Source: Candidatus Altiarchaeota archaeon
GTDB taxonomy: Archaea; Altiarchaeota; Altiarchaeia; IMC4; QMZM01
Length of the DNA: 64,000 nucleotides
Direction: 5' to 3'
Assembly (NCBI GenBank): GCA_038891095.1
Contig: JAWAEV010000002.1
Span: 32,001 to 96,000, forward strand
A program made the translations under genes and the position numbers. The notes beneath the pieces are model-generated. The model was not told where the DNA came from. It made no database searches and saw nothing but the letters and a program-made list of their open reading frames with translations. This document shows positions 50,736-61,075 of this stretch, one piece after another; the stretch's first letter is position 1, and each line of letters begins with the position of its first letter.

Positions 50736-51467
50736 TTACTTCTTCTTCTTACCTGTTCTTTTTGGAGCTAAATGTCCAACTTTTCTTCCAGGAGGAGTGT
50801 CTCTTGAAACTGATGTTGGTCTACCAACATGTTTATGACCGCCACCACCATGTGGATGATCAACTGGATTTTTTGCAACTCCTCTAACCATTGGAAAAAC
50901 TTTATTTATTGCTTTATATTTATAAAATGTTTCACCCGCTTTAACAAATGGTTTTTCTATTCTGCCACCTCCAGCAACTTTACCAATTGTTGCTCTTGAA
51001 TTGCTATTTATTTTAACTGTTTTCTTTGATGGAAAAACAACATATGTTACATTTTGCTTTACATCATGCGATATAACCTGCGCAGATGTACCACTTGCAC
51101 GAACAAATTTACCATTATCTCCCGGCAATTTTTCAATATTGTAGATGAAAGTGCCTTCAGGAATTTTCCTTAAAGGCAAGACATTGCCTTCCTTAATTTC
51201 AGCATCACTACCAATTTCAATCCATTGACCTTTTTTCATTCCTTCTGGAGCAATTAAAAAAATTTCATTAAAATCTTCAAGTAAAACTTTTGCTATAGGT
51301 GCAGATCTTATTGGATCATGAAGAATTTCTAAGACTTGGCCACCTATTTTACCTTCATTTGTTATTTTAATGTCAGGATAACTTATTAGTCCTTTAGCTT
51401 TATGTGTTACTGCTCTATACCTTGGGCCTCCACGCCCACGTCTTTGTTGTCTTAGTCTCTTCCCCAT
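50736..51467 (-). CDS. rpl2: 50S ribosomal protein L2
   Basis: [24 protein letters not shown]. Confidence 0.97.
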   Translation of the reverse strand: MGKRLRQQRRGRGGPRYRAVTHKAKGLISYPDIKITNEGKIGGQVLEILHDPIRSAPIAKVLLEDFNEIFLIAPEGMKKGQWIEIGSDAEIKEGNVLPLRKIPEGTFIYNIEKLPGDNGKFVRASGTSAQVISHDVKQNVTYVVFPSKKTVKINSNSRATIGKVAGGGRIEKPFVKAGETFYKYKAINKVFPMVRGVAKNPVDHPHGGGGHKHVGRPTSVSRDTPPGRKVGHLAPKRTGKKKK

Positions 51468-51468
51468 T

Positions 51469-51729
51469 TTAAATCACACCAAATTTCGATGCTATCTCCT
51501 CTGCTGAAAATTCTTTTGATAGTTTAACATGTGCTTTTTTTTCACCATTTGGACTTATGATAATATTTACTTTCAGAACTTTAACATTATAAAGTTTTTC
51601 AACAGCTTCTTTAACCTCTTTTCTTGTTGCTTTTTTGTTTATTACAAAAGTTAATTTATTTTCCCTTTCTCTTAGAGTTGTTGCTTTTTCTCCCATCAAT
51701 GGATAAAGTAAAATTTCGTCTGGTTGCAT
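51469..51729 (-). CDS. rpl23: 50S ribosomal protein L23
   Basis: EKA..ENKLTF, KKAHVKL. Confidence 0.95.
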   Translation of the reverse strand: MQPDEILLYPLMGEKATTLRERENKLTFVINKKATRKEVKEAVEKLYNVKVLKVNIIISPNGEKKAHVKLSKEFSAEEIASKFGVI

Positions 51730-51735
51730 TTTAAA

Positions 51736-52545
51736 TTATTTTTCCTCTTTTTTAAATAGATCTTCAACTCTTTCAATAGCACTTTTTGTCCATAAGCTTA
51801 ACCTCCCAGCATGAGTTCCTGGTGCTAATAGCTCAATATTAAGATCATCAACTTTTATGGCATCTATACCTGGAATATTTTTACTACTTTTCAAAACATT
51901 TGAATCTGAACTTACAACTAAAAGTAATGACTTTTTCCTTTTATATCTCCTACCACGCATTTTTCCTTTACCAGATCTAACTTTTCTTTTTTCTGCTCTT
52001 AGCAATTCTTCCCCTAAGTTGATGGAGTTCAAAAATTTTAAGACATCTTTTGTTTTTGCTATTTTCTCAAAAGAATCTTCAACAACAATTGGTAGATCTT
52101 TCAATTTTGAAATTTTATGACCTCGCTTCTCAGCTAACTCTTTATTTGCGAGAGCAGCAATTGCAGATTTTAAAGCAAGAGTATATTCTTTTTTGTTTAT
52201 CTTTTTTTCATAAATTTTCTCAACTTTTGGCGGATGAGCTTTCCTTCCTTTAACAGATTGTGGCACTCTCCTTACCTTACCTAAACCTCCACCACCTGTC
52301 TTTTCTCTTGGTAATCTTGAAATTCCTCTATTTATTGTAGTTCTATAGACTTTTCTTCTTCTTCCAAAATATGCAGCTGATGTTCTCATTCCAGCTTCCT
52401 CTGAAGTTGCATACTTTTGCCTTTTCTTAGACTGAAATGCAACAACTGCTCTTTGAATTAAATCTGGTCTATACCCTGTACTAAAAATATTCGGCAACTT
52501 AATTTCCTCCTTTATCTTACCATCTATTGAATAAACCGCAACCAC
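51736..52545 (-). CDS. rpl4: 50S ribosomal protein L4
   Basis: RPDLIQRA, GRKAHPP, LAPGTHAGRL; GTG start. Confidence 0.96.
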   Translation of the reverse strand: MVAVYSIDGKIKEEIKLPNIFSTGYRPDLIQRAVVAFQSKKRQKYATSEEAGMRTSAAYFGRRRKVYRTTINRGISRLPREKTGGGGLGKVRRVPQSVKGRKAHPPKVEKIYEKKINKKEYTLALKSAIAALANKELAEKRGHKISKLKDLPIVVEDSFEKIAKTKDVLKFLNSINLGEELLRAEKRKVRSGKGKMRGRRYKRKKSLLLVVSSDSNVLKSSKNIPGIDAIKVDDLNIELLAPGTHAGRLSLWTKSAIERVEDLFKKEEK

Positions 52546-52546
52546 T

Positions 52547-53515
52547 TTATTGCTTTGAATCTAAATTTATTTCAAGTATATCAAAATTAGCAAAGTCTTT
52601 TTCTTGAGGTCTTCTAGGAAGTGTTAACCTTACTAATCTTTTAGCTGGACCAGGGGCAGTGCCTTTTAGCAAAACATACTCATTCTTTATGACTCCATAT
52701 CTAAGAAAGCCACCTTTTGGATTTACATCATCTGGGTTATCCCCTATTTTTAATAAAATTTTGTTGTATTCTGTTCTTGTGTGATAACCTAATTTTCCTG
52801 GTAATGGTTCTCTCCATAACTTTCTATGTGGTGTCCATGCTCCTCCAGTGCCTAAATGTCTTATTCCTTTTCCTGATTTTCTTGGCAATATTATTGTACC
52901 ATGCCTTTTTACAACCCCTTGAAATCCTTTACCTTTTGTCACAGCAGTTACATCAACAAAAGATTTTTCATTGAAAATCTCCCTTATGGAAATTTCTTTC
53001 CCAAGTTTTTCTTTTGCATAATTAAATTTATCTTTTATGCTGCCACCAATTGCAATTTCCATAATGTCTGGTTTTTTCTTTCCAATAGAAGTCAGTTTTG
53101 GTTGTGTATGTGCTATTAAAGTTATATCTGAAATTTTATCAATTGAGTTTTCCATTTCCCTTAACTTCTTTTCAATTTTCTCGTTTGAAATTTTTTTGTT
53201 ACCCTGAAAAGCAAATACATCAGTTAATGTTTCCTTACCGTTATAACCATCATAATATGCTCTAATTCCTGCAATTAACATTGGCGGAGTTTCTAAAACC
53301 GTCACAGCACTAAAAACATTTAGGCCAGAGGTTGTTGAGCGTTTTCTATTGTCTTTTAACATTACATGTGTCATACCTGCTTTATAGCCTGCAAAGCCTA
53401 ATGGTTTTACATCATTTGTTTTTTGCCACTTCCTAATTCTAGGTGTCTCTTTTTTTGCTCTCTTTCTTGGCTTAAATTGTAATGAGCCAGCCCTCGGTTT
53501 AGTTCTTTTCCCCAT
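52547..53515 (-). CDS. rpl3: 50S ribosomal protein L3
   Basis: GYKAGMTH, TKGKGFQG, GYHTRTEYNK. Confidence 0.97.
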   Translation of the reverse strand: MGKRTKPRAGSLQFKPRKRAKKETPRIRKWQKTNDVKPLGFAGYKAGMTHVMLKDNRKRSTTSGLNVFSAVTVLETPPMLIAGIRAYYDGYNGKETLTDVFAFQGNKKISNEKIEKKLREMENSIDKISDITLIAHTQPKLTSIGKKKPDIMEIAIGGSIKDKFNYAKEKLGKEISIREIFNEKSFVDVTAVTKGKGFQGVVKRHGTIILPRKSGKGIRHLGTGGAWTPHRKLWREPLPGKLGYHTRTEYNKILLKIGDNPDDVNPKGGFLRYGVIKNEYVLLKGTAPGPAKRLVRLTLPRRPQEKDFANFDILEINLDSKQ

Positions 53516-53598
53516 TTTTCAAATTATATGAAATAGAAATTGAGAATTTAGATATAAAAATTATATATAGCGTTTAAATTCGTATCTAATAAAAATTT

Positions 53599-54163
53599 TC
53601 ACTTAATGCTTTTAGATTTCATAGCATATTCCAATATTATATTCTTTGTTGTGTAAGGATCTTCAATACCAAGAAACGAAATTTCAGATTCTTCAGCTCT
53701 AGAACACGATGTCTGAATATGTAATTCATAAATTCCAAGTAATCTTTCTAAAAATTTCTGCGAGATTTTTACATCTGTAATCTGCGAAAATGGGATTTCC
53801 TTAGATATTTTTGTGAAGACCCTCTAATAAGCTCAACCCCCTACAGTTATAACATATGCATAAAAGTTTTTAGGAACGTGTTTTATATCGCCAAAATAAC
53901 TAAAGGTATAGGCAGTTTCCTCCCAAGAGTGCTCCTTCCCAGAATATATGTGGTTTTTCATTAGCAATAAATACTGAATAAAAGTAAATAATGAATAGAG
54001 ATAGTATGATAACCAGAAGAATAATTGTGAAAGGCAAAGGAGCATTCTTTATAGCCTCAATGTCACGCCTGCTATATGCTCTATAATCAAAACGTAAAAA
54101 AGAGTAATATAAAACAAACCTATTCGAAGGTTTTTTAAACCATAAAATTTTTTTCTGATCCAT
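53599..54163 (-). pseudogene. bPH_2 (PH-domain) membrane protein, disrupted
   Basis: N-terminal TMs, frame change and in-frame stops, then SKEIPFSQITDVKISQKFLERLLGIYELHIQT..EISFLGIEDP. Confidence 0.75.
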
Positions 54164-54202
54164 TTTTTATAAAAACTATTTTATTGTTTGAAGCCTAATA
54201 GT

Positions 54203-54592
54203 CTACATGATTATATTTTCAGGTGTATCAACATCTTTTAAACCAACGAAAGAAATTTCTACAAAAGATGTACCTGCAGTTTGAATGTGCAGAGTACTAA
54301 TATCAACATTCTCTCAAATATGCCTTGGGATTTTGTAACATCAGTGATTTTATTATGAAGAATGGTTTTAAATTTTTTTAAATATCCCACATCCACACCT
54401 TCATAATTAACTGTTTGGTATATAATTGAATATTTGTAGGTTTTTCTTGGTAGGATAGATATACTAAATGAAGAGATAAAGCACACTCATTCTTATTATC
54501 AAATATGGAAGATACTGGAAAAAACCCTTATTGATTTTTGTAAGATTCATAGTATAAATACAGAACAAAACAACAACTCTAGCAGTTCTCAT
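54203..54592 (-). pseudogene. Second bPH_2 membrane protein paralog, disrupted
   Basis: KITDVTKSQGIFERML then frameshift to STLHIQTAGTSFVEISFVGLKD; 5' boundary approximate. Confidence 0.7.
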
Positions 54593-54674
54593 GTCATAAA
54601 ATCTTATCATTTATCATAGTCAATTACTATCATTACTATCATTAGTTGTTTTGAGTGTAAATAATTCAGAATTA

Positions 54675-55433
54675 TTAAAAAAGCAATGAAGGTAAAATAG
54701 TATTTCTTAATCCTGGCCCTATCCCAAGGATAAATATCAATAGTTTGATTACTTTTTGTTTTTCTTTTTTTTCATATTTCTCAAGGAAATACAAAAACAA
54801 AAGTACTAACAGCAGCTTTATCGGTATCATTATCCCAGCATTATTTCCTGCCAATGTTATAAAATATTGCGTAAGAATATGCTCCTCGCCAAAACCAAAA
54901 AAATTGTAAGCAATGAAAGTTGAGCTAGCATCCAATAAATGTGCAAACACAACTGATAGGTTTTCAATTTTTTGGTAAATTTTTATCTTTGCTATATAAG
55001 ATATGAAAAAAATAAGAAAGGTAATTGAAAAAGTTAGCAGTAGAGGATGTAGCATTCTTTCGGGAAATTTAAAATACGGTAAAAGTAGAAAAAGCAAATA
55101 TACAGAGAAAATTGATCCGACAATGAAAGGCAGAAACCAATACTCAACTCTTATGAGTTCTTCAATTTTTCTACCAAAAATTATCGAAATGACAGCAATG
55201 GTAAATGCAAGAATATAAACTCCTGGAGTGATGCTCCATAGTTTGCTCATCTGAAAAAAAGAAATGTCTGCTAAAACTCTTACAAAAACTCCGAAAAAAA
55301 TAAAAGGCAGAATTGCCAAAAGAAATTTTTTATCAATATTTATTTTTGGGAGAATAAATTTAATGAAAAACCAGTAAACTACAATGAGAATTAAAATATA
55401 CAGAAAGTAATCTGCAACGGCGTATGTCCCCAT
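54675..55433 (-). CDS. DUF63 family membrane protein
   Basis: RVLAD, ITPGVY, AHLLDASST, EEHIL, LGIGPGLRN. Confidence 0.88.
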   Translation of the reverse strand: MGTYAVADYFLYILILIVVYWFFIKFILPKINIDKKFLLAILPFIFFGVFVRVLADISFFQMSKLWSITPGVYILAFTIAVISIIFGRKIEELIRVEYWFLPFIVGSIFSVYLLFLLLPYFKFPERMLHPLLLTFSITFLIFFISYIAKIKIYQKIENLSVVFAHLLDASSTFIAYNFFGFGEEHILTQYFITLAGNNAGIMIPIKLLLVLLFLYFLEKYEKKEKQKVIKLLIFILGIGPGLRNTILPSLLF

Positions 55434-55434
55434 T

Positions 55435-57075
55435 TTATTCAACACTTGAAACTAAGAATTCAAGTCTATCAGAGAAGGTGCTATAGCGAACTCTCCCTAT
55501 AAGAGAAATTTCTGTATTTAAAATTTCATCTTTCAATTTTCTTATTGGTGCTAACTCATCTTTAGCTTCACCAATAATATTCATCACATCCTCAATATCA
55601 ACTCCAAGAATTTTTTCAGCTTGTTCTCTAAATGAAACTGCCCTTATGCTTCCCGTGTCATCTTCAATAGTAAAAGAAAGAATTAAATTTGGTTGAGGTT
55701 CAACATCTTCTTGGCAAATATCGCAGTACCATCCTAAGCCAAGGTTTTGAATTTTTCTATTGCAATTTGGGCATGTCATATATGTTAGCTTTTTATCTGT
55801 GTGAATATCAACAATTCTACCTTTAATTTTCACATATCTATCTCCCGCGTTGAGATCAGCAATATTCTTTTCCTTTATCAGAATTTTTTCAATTTCCTCA
55901 ATTTTTGGTAAAGTTATATCTGCTATTACTGAAACATCTGAAAATTTTCCAACATGAATTTCTGGCTCGTTGTTTAGGTTAGCTCTTGAATATACATTCT
56001 CGAATTTCAATGCATCTCCTTTTTTCAATTCATCAACTATATTTGATTTCTCATCCCATAGAACTGCTCTTATTGAGCCAGTTGTATCAGCAACTATTAG
56101 CGAAGCAAAATTTCCATTAGCATAAGGTCTTTTTTGAAATATATTCAAAACTCGTGCAAAAGTTGTAAAATTTACTAAGTTAGGAGCTATCTCATTTATT
56201 TTTAAAATTCTTTCCTTTTCATCTGGCAATTCAGGAAGATTTAGCCTATCTTCTGTCTTAAAAATTCTCCCAAGATTTCCAACATGTAGTTCAACTTCTT
56301 GATTTAAACCTTCCTTAGAATAAGCATTCTCTATCTTAACAATATCCCCTCTTTTAATTTCTGTTTTTGCATTTTCTCCCCAAAGAACAACTCTTATACT
56401 GCCTGTTTCATCCTCAGCAATAAAAGAAGCTCTTAGTCCAGAGGAGCCGTCCTCTCTGCTAAACTCTGTTGGTTCTCTATAAGATGAAACTCTACAAATG
56501 ACATTTATATTTTGTTCATCTATTTTTATATCACTAATCTTTTTAATTTCTTCTATTAGTTTAGGAATCTCAAAATCTATCTTTGGATTTATTGTAAAAT
56601 GTGTTAGTGAAGTAGCATGTAATTCAAGATTTCCAGATAAATTTGTCTTGCAGTTAACATTTCTTATCATCAAAGTATCCCCCTTTTTGACTTTATTTAT
56701 TAGCTCAGAAGCCTCATTCCATAGCACAAGTCTACATTGTCCAGAATCATCCATTAAAAGAATAGATGAAAATTTTCCAGAAGTGCCATCCTTTCTTTTA
56801 AATTCTTTTTTAGGATATATTGCAGCTATTCTTGCAACCACATTGCATAACTTATCTGGAGAGATTTCAGAAATTTTTGAGCATTTCAAATCTTTATCAT
56901 CTTCAATAGGAACACTAAATTCCTTTGCAATTGCATACAAAGCGCCATAATCTGAAAGTAATCCATGTGTTGCTTCTTTTCTCTTTTCAATCATCTGCTG
57001 AATTTCTGATTCCGTTTTGCCAGATGCCTTTGAAATTTTCTTTATTAGCTTGGAGATTTCTGAATTTGTTGCCAT
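55435..57075 (-). CDS. rpa: Replication protein A (multiple OB folds + Zn finger)
   Basis: Four D.(S/T)G..R.V motifs, CPNCNRK..CDIC. Confidence 0.92.
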   Translation of the reverse strand: MATNSEISKLIKKISKASGKTESEIQQMIEKRKEATHGLLSDYGALYAIAKEFSVPIEDDKDLKCSKISEISPDKLCNVVARIAAIYPKKEFKRKDGTSGKFSSILLMDDSGQCRLVLWNEASELINKVKKGDTLMIRNVNCKTNLSGNLELHATSLTHFTINPKIDFEIPKLIEEIKKISDIKIDEQNINVICRVSSYREPTEFSREDGSSGLRASFIAEDETGSIRVVLWGENAKTEIKRGDIVKIENAYSKEGLNQEVELHVGNLGRIFKTEDRLNLPELPDEKERILKINEIAPNLVNFTTFARVLNIFQKRPYANGNFASLIVADTTGSIRAVLWDEKSNIVDELKKGDALKFENVYSRANLNNEPEIHVGKFSDVSVIADITLPKIEEIEKILIKEKNIADLNAGDRYVKIKGRIVDIHTDKKLTYMTCPNCNRKIQNLGLGWYCDICQEDVEPQPNLILSFTIEDDTGSIRAVSFREQAEKILGVDIEDVMNIIGEAKDELAPIRKLKDEILNTEISLIGRVRYSTFSDRLEFLVSSVE

Positions 57076-57149
57076 AAAAGTAAAAAAACAACAGTAATAA
57101 TAGAGAAATAAAATTAAAAAATAAAAGAAAAAAAGAGAAAAAAGATAAG

Positions 57150-58619
57150 TTATTCAGATTTTGTCTCCTTCTTCTTTTTCTCAGGTACTACTTCTTTCTT
57201 TTTTGTCACTAAATAAACAACTGCCACTATGATAATTACCAGCACAACAATTATCAACCAAGTTGTATCCATTCCTCTTGGCTGAGCTTGTGGCAAGGTT
57301 GTTACTGGCGTTGGAGTTGTTGTTATTTGGACAGGAGTTGTTGTTTTGACTTCTTCCTTAGTTGTTGTTACTATCTTTGTTGTTTCGATAGGAGTTGTTA
57401 CTTCTAATTCTTCTTCTGGAGTTGTTGGAATTGGTGGCAATGTTGTTGTCACAACTATTGTTGGAACAGTTGTTGTTACTGCCCCAGTAGCAACTGTTAT
57501 ACTAAGAATTTCTTGTCTATATCTTGTTTTATCAACTTCAACAGTATAGCTTCCAGGTTTTGTTGGACAAAACTCAAATGTTCCATCTGAGCCTGTTAAT
57601 CCATAGAACATCTTTATTCCGTTAAGATAGACATCAACATCTGCTTCTTTCACAGGATCACCAGTTGTCTTATCTTTCACTAAGAGTTTTATGCATTCAC
57701 CTGCTGATGGTCTTTCAGGTGTGTATGAAAGAGAGAAATACTTCCTCCTTATATAAGTTGTTGGTGTTACTGATGAACTAACTGTTATTTTCATATAAAA
57801 TACATTGCTTGAGGTGTTACCTGAACTAACTGTTATATTACAATAATAATCCCCATATGGAAGATCTGTAAATGTTTTATTCACTGTTATTGCAAAACCT
57901 CCTCCTCCTAATGTGCTATCACCTCTATGAGTACCTTGTAGAACTGAAATATTATCTTCACTTAAACTTACAGTAAAGTTGCATGTTGCAGGTGTTAGCT
58001 CTATATTATACACATCATGGTAACCCGTGTTGTTAACATATAATGTAAAAACACCTGAGCCATTAACTAAGTCATAATCTGAGGTGAATGTCTCTGTATG
58101 TGGTGCTGAGTATGTTGTTTCTGGATATAAAGTTAGTCTAAGACAAGGGATACAATAACTCCCACCACAATCAACCATCTCTTCATCTCTATTCTTAACA
58201 CCATCTGTACATGAAGGTGTTGTGTTGATATCAACATTTCCTTTAATAACTGGTTGGCCTCCATAAACTGCTGTAATTGTCTCACTTCCCGGAGCAGGTG
58301 TGTAAGCAACAACACCATTTAACTTAAAAGTTAAATTCTCTCCGTTTACTGCTTTATTATCTGATGGATTTGTCTCATTTGTTACGATAATAGTTAATGA
58401 ATAATTACCAGCCCCCCCAGAAATATTCCAATCAGCAAGAAATTCACCTGAGCCACTATAAACTTCAACATGTGTTCCATCTGGTGCAGAAACACCACCA
58501 ATATAAGCAAAGCCATAATAAACTTGTGTGTTCTCTTGTGCATTTACGAGGCTTACTCCAAATATCAACATTAAAAAAACAAATCCAAAAACCCAAAAAT
58601 TCCTTTTTATGCTTTCCAT
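57150..58619 (-). CDS. Cell-surface glycoprotein with Thr-rich stalk and C-terminal TM anchor
   Basis: Signal peptide, Cys motif SCTDGVKNRDEEMVDCGGSYCIPC, Ig-like domains, TTT/P linker, TM + basic tail. Confidence 0.85.
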   Translation of the reverse strand: MESIKRNFWVFGFVFLMLIFGVSLVNAQENTQVYYGFAYIGGVSAPDGTHVEVYSGSGEFLADWNISGGAGNYSLTIIVTNETNPSDNKAVNGENLTFKLNGVVAYTPAPGSETITAVYGGQPVIKGNVDINTTPSCTDGVKNRDEEMVDCGGSYCIPCLRLTLYPETTYSAPHTETFTSDYDLVNGSGVFTLYVNNTGYHDVYNIELTPATCNFTVSLSEDNISVLQGTHRGDSTLGGGGFAITVNKTFTDLPYGDYYCNITVSSGNTSSNVFYMKITVSSSVTPTTYIRRKYFSLSYTPERPSAGECIKLLVKDKTTGDPVKEADVDVYLNGIKMFYGLTGSDGTFEFCPTKPGSYTVEVDKTRYRQEILSITVATGAVTTTVPTIVVTTTLPPIPTTPEEELEVTTPIETTKIVTTTKEEVKTTTPVQITTTPTPVTTLPQAQPRGMDTTWLIIVVLVIIIVAVVYLVTKKKEVVPEKKKKETKSE

Positions 58620-58687
58620 TTTTATCCTCCTTATTTATTTTTATTATTTTATTTCTTTGTTTTTTGTATTTAAATACTTTTTGTTTT

Positions 58688-59224
58688 TTAGATGGTTAAA
58701 TTGACCCCACCGGTTTTATTAACATAAATCCAGTAACCATAACCTGGAGTTAAATTTTTCAAAGTTGAAACTCCTGGGGCATCTACAGCATAAAATTTCC
58801 AGCCACCATTAATATAACCTAAAACATATCTGTAATTTCCTGAAATATTACTAAGGGCCGTTGCAACATCTATAGTTGTAATTGATGGATATCCTATTAA
58901 ATTCCAACCCTCTCTAAGATGCCATGTTGTGTTTGTTAGTAGAGTTCCATTAATAGTCAAATTTACCCCACCTGTTTTATTCACATAAATCCAATAACCA
59001 TAAATTGGGCTCATATTTTTCAAAGTTGAAACTCCTGGGGCATCTGCAGCATAAAATTTCCAGCTACCATCAATATAACCTAAAACATATCTATAGTTTC
59101 CTGAAATACTTGATAGAACCGTCTCTATGGGATAACTTCCAACACTACCATTTAAAGAACTTACAAAAATTACTCCCCAAATCAAAGCAAGCACAGAGAT
59201 CACAACAAAAATTCCTTTTTTCAT
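58688..59224 (-). CDS. Secreted protein with duplicated ~60-aa domain
   Basis: Signal peptide; ISGNYRYVLGY..WKFY..STLKN..YGYWIYVNKTGGVNLTI twice; GWNLIGYP linker. Confidence 0.85.
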   Translation of the reverse strand: MKKGIFVVISVLALIWGVIFVSSLNGSVGSYPIETVLSSISGNYRYVLGYIDGSWKFYAADAPGVSTLKNMSPIYGYWIYVNKTGGVNLTINGTLLTNTTWHLREGWNLIGYPSITTIDVATALSNISGNYRYVLGYINGGWKFYAVDAPGVSTLKNLTPGYGYWIYVNKTGGVNLTI

Positions 59225-59350
59225 TTTTTATTCGTCACCTCACTTTTTTATGTTAATTATTTTTTTCTTTTATTTAAAAATAAAAATTATGTAAATATTA
59301 TAATACTTTATATATAAAAACCCAACCATTAAATTTATTTTGCTTTTTCT

Positions 59351-60910
59351 CTATAAAAATTCATCTTGCATTTCTGATTCAATCTCTTGCGAGTTAAATT
59401 TTAATTTCGCTTTTTGTAATGGCTCTGTGTATTGAGAAAGAATTTTATATTCAATAATTGCTCTCTCTTTTGGTTTTAAACTTTCAATTTTCCAACTTAG
59501 CAAATTTCCGATTCTTAAAACACCAAAAGTTAAAATTTTCACTTCTGAATTTTCAGGTATTGTATCAGTTATGAGAACATTCTCAAGAGCTTTATCAGTT
59601 TCATTTAGGAGAATAATCTTTATCGTATCCTTCTTTCTTACTTTTTTGAAAATTAGCTCTTTAGGCTTTTTTATGTAGTAAATTGCTATTAATACAAAAA
59701 TTGCAGCCAGTAGAATCAAAATTAAGAGCGTATAGTTAGTTTCAAAAACTTTTGCACAATCTGTCCTTAAATTCAAAACATTAATTTTCTCTTTTCTGTC
59801 GATCTCTTTTTCATTCTCAAAGAGTTTAATTTCTGCAATTAAAGGATATCCTGTTTTAGGGGCTCTTAAATTAAATTGAAGAGTTTTTATTGAATTTTCA
59901 AAAACTTTTCCAGTTTCTTTAACTTCTGAAAAAATTTCATTCCCAGTAGAATTTTCTATTCTAAGTAAAATTTTACCTGAATGTTCTCCCTCTCTACTGA
60001 GAATATCAACAAAAAGATTAACATTCTCATCTGGACAATACCTTACTTTATCTGTTGTAATTTCAACTATCCCAAATTTTTTTTCCGGAAGAATTTCCTC
60101 ACCTCTACCATAAAATGTCGCTATGCTAAACTCCTCTGAAGGTTTTAAATTTCTCTCTTCAAAGTAAAGAATTACTGCAGAGTCGCCAAGTATTGAAACA
60201 TCTTTATCTGTTTTATAATCCCAAAGAGAATAAACACTTTTTCTCCAGTTTGAAATTATAAGCTTTTTAGGAATTGTTAAATTTTTTTCTTCAGAAAAAA
60301 TTCCTTGAGAGACAATTGTTGGGTTTTCCTTTCTATTATATGCTTTCCAATATTGGAAATAAATATTCTGATATGTTTTCTCATTTGTTATTAGACCATC
60401 TCCCGGAATGTAAATTGGTGCTCCATCATTATCAGAAAGCATTGTATCAAAATGTATTCTAAAAGCAATTTCCTTGGCAGAATTTCCATAGTTTTTTGCT
60501 TTTAATTTTATTATCGTTCCGTTCTCTATGAGTTGAAATTTTTCTTCAATGAGAATTTCTTCTGGTAAATCCCATACAAAGGTTATCTCTTTAGCATCAG
60601 GCGAAAGATAACTCTCTTTGAAAAAATTATCAAGAGGGATAGCATCTGTAGGAATAGAATTTGAATATATAGCATTATCAACTTTTACTGTTATGTATGT
60701 ACCATGCCAAGTGTTTGGATAGAAGAAAGTTAGCTTTTCCCAACTACCATTGAAAATTCCACCAATTGAAAAAGTACCAATGCTTTTACAATTTTCAGTC
60801 ACAATATGAATACCATAAGATAAATCCTTTAATTCAATTGTGCAATTTGTTTGAGCATTTGCAATAACTGAAATTAAAATCATAAATAAGATTGCAATTT
60901 TGTTTTCCAT
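59351..60910 (-). CDS. Secreted/membrane protein with beta-sandwich domains, internal TM and C-terminal DUF11-like domain
   Basis: Signal peptide, FDTMLSDNDGAP, DSAVILYF, TM LLILILLAAIFVLIAIYY, NVLITDTIP..W.IESLKPKE. Confidence 0.75.
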   Translation of the reverse strand: MENKIAILFMILISVIANAQTNCTIELKDLSYGIHIVTENCKSIGTFSIGGIFNGSWEKLTFFYPNTWHGTYITVKVDNAIYSNSIPTDAIPLDNFFKESYLSPDAKEITFVWDLPEEILIEEKFQLIENGTIIKLKAKNYGNSAKEIAFRIHFDTMLSDNDGAPIYIPGDGLITNEKTYQNIYFQYWKAYNRKENPTIVSQGIFSEEKNLTIPKKLIISNWRKSVYSLWDYKTDKDVSILGDSAVILYFEERNLKPSEEFSIATFYGRGEEILPEKKFGIVEITTDKVRYCPDENVNLFVDILSREGEHSGKILLRIENSTGNEIFSEVKETGKVFENSIKTLQFNLRAPKTGYPLIAEIKLFENEKEIDRKEKINVLNLRTDCAKVFETNYTLLILILLAAIFVLIAIYYIKKPKELIFKKVRKKDTIKIILLNETDKALENVLITDTIPENSEVKILTFGVLRIGNLLSWKIESLKPKERAIIEYKILSQYTEPLQKAKLKFNSQEIESEMQDEFL

Positions 60911-60960
60911 AGTGAATAATTATACTCTGTAAAATAAAAGTAAAATTAAGAAAAATTTAG

Positions 60961-60991
60961 CAGCCTTTTTCTTTTGGAAAGAAAAACGCTG
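60961..60991. repeat. Imperfect palindrome (REP-like hairpin / possible terminator) downstream of aRF1
   Basis: CAGC-C-TTTTTCTTT-TGG-AAAGAAAAA-C-GCTG. Confidence 0.65.
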
Positions 60992-61075
60992 GCGAAAAAG
61001 AACCGAAGGACTTAAATTCGAACTTATTGATGTTTTAATTATATCTACCTTTCTTTAAACTCAAAAAAAATGAAT

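Noticed and set aside
53820-53840. Stop-codon recoding (TGA/TAG in frame in the bPH_2 gene)
   Set aside because: Frameshifts occur in the same genes, and TGA/TAG serve as normal stops elsewhere in the window
57290-57500. GTT/GTTGTT short repeats
   Set aside because: Thr (ACA) codons of the glycoprotein stalk
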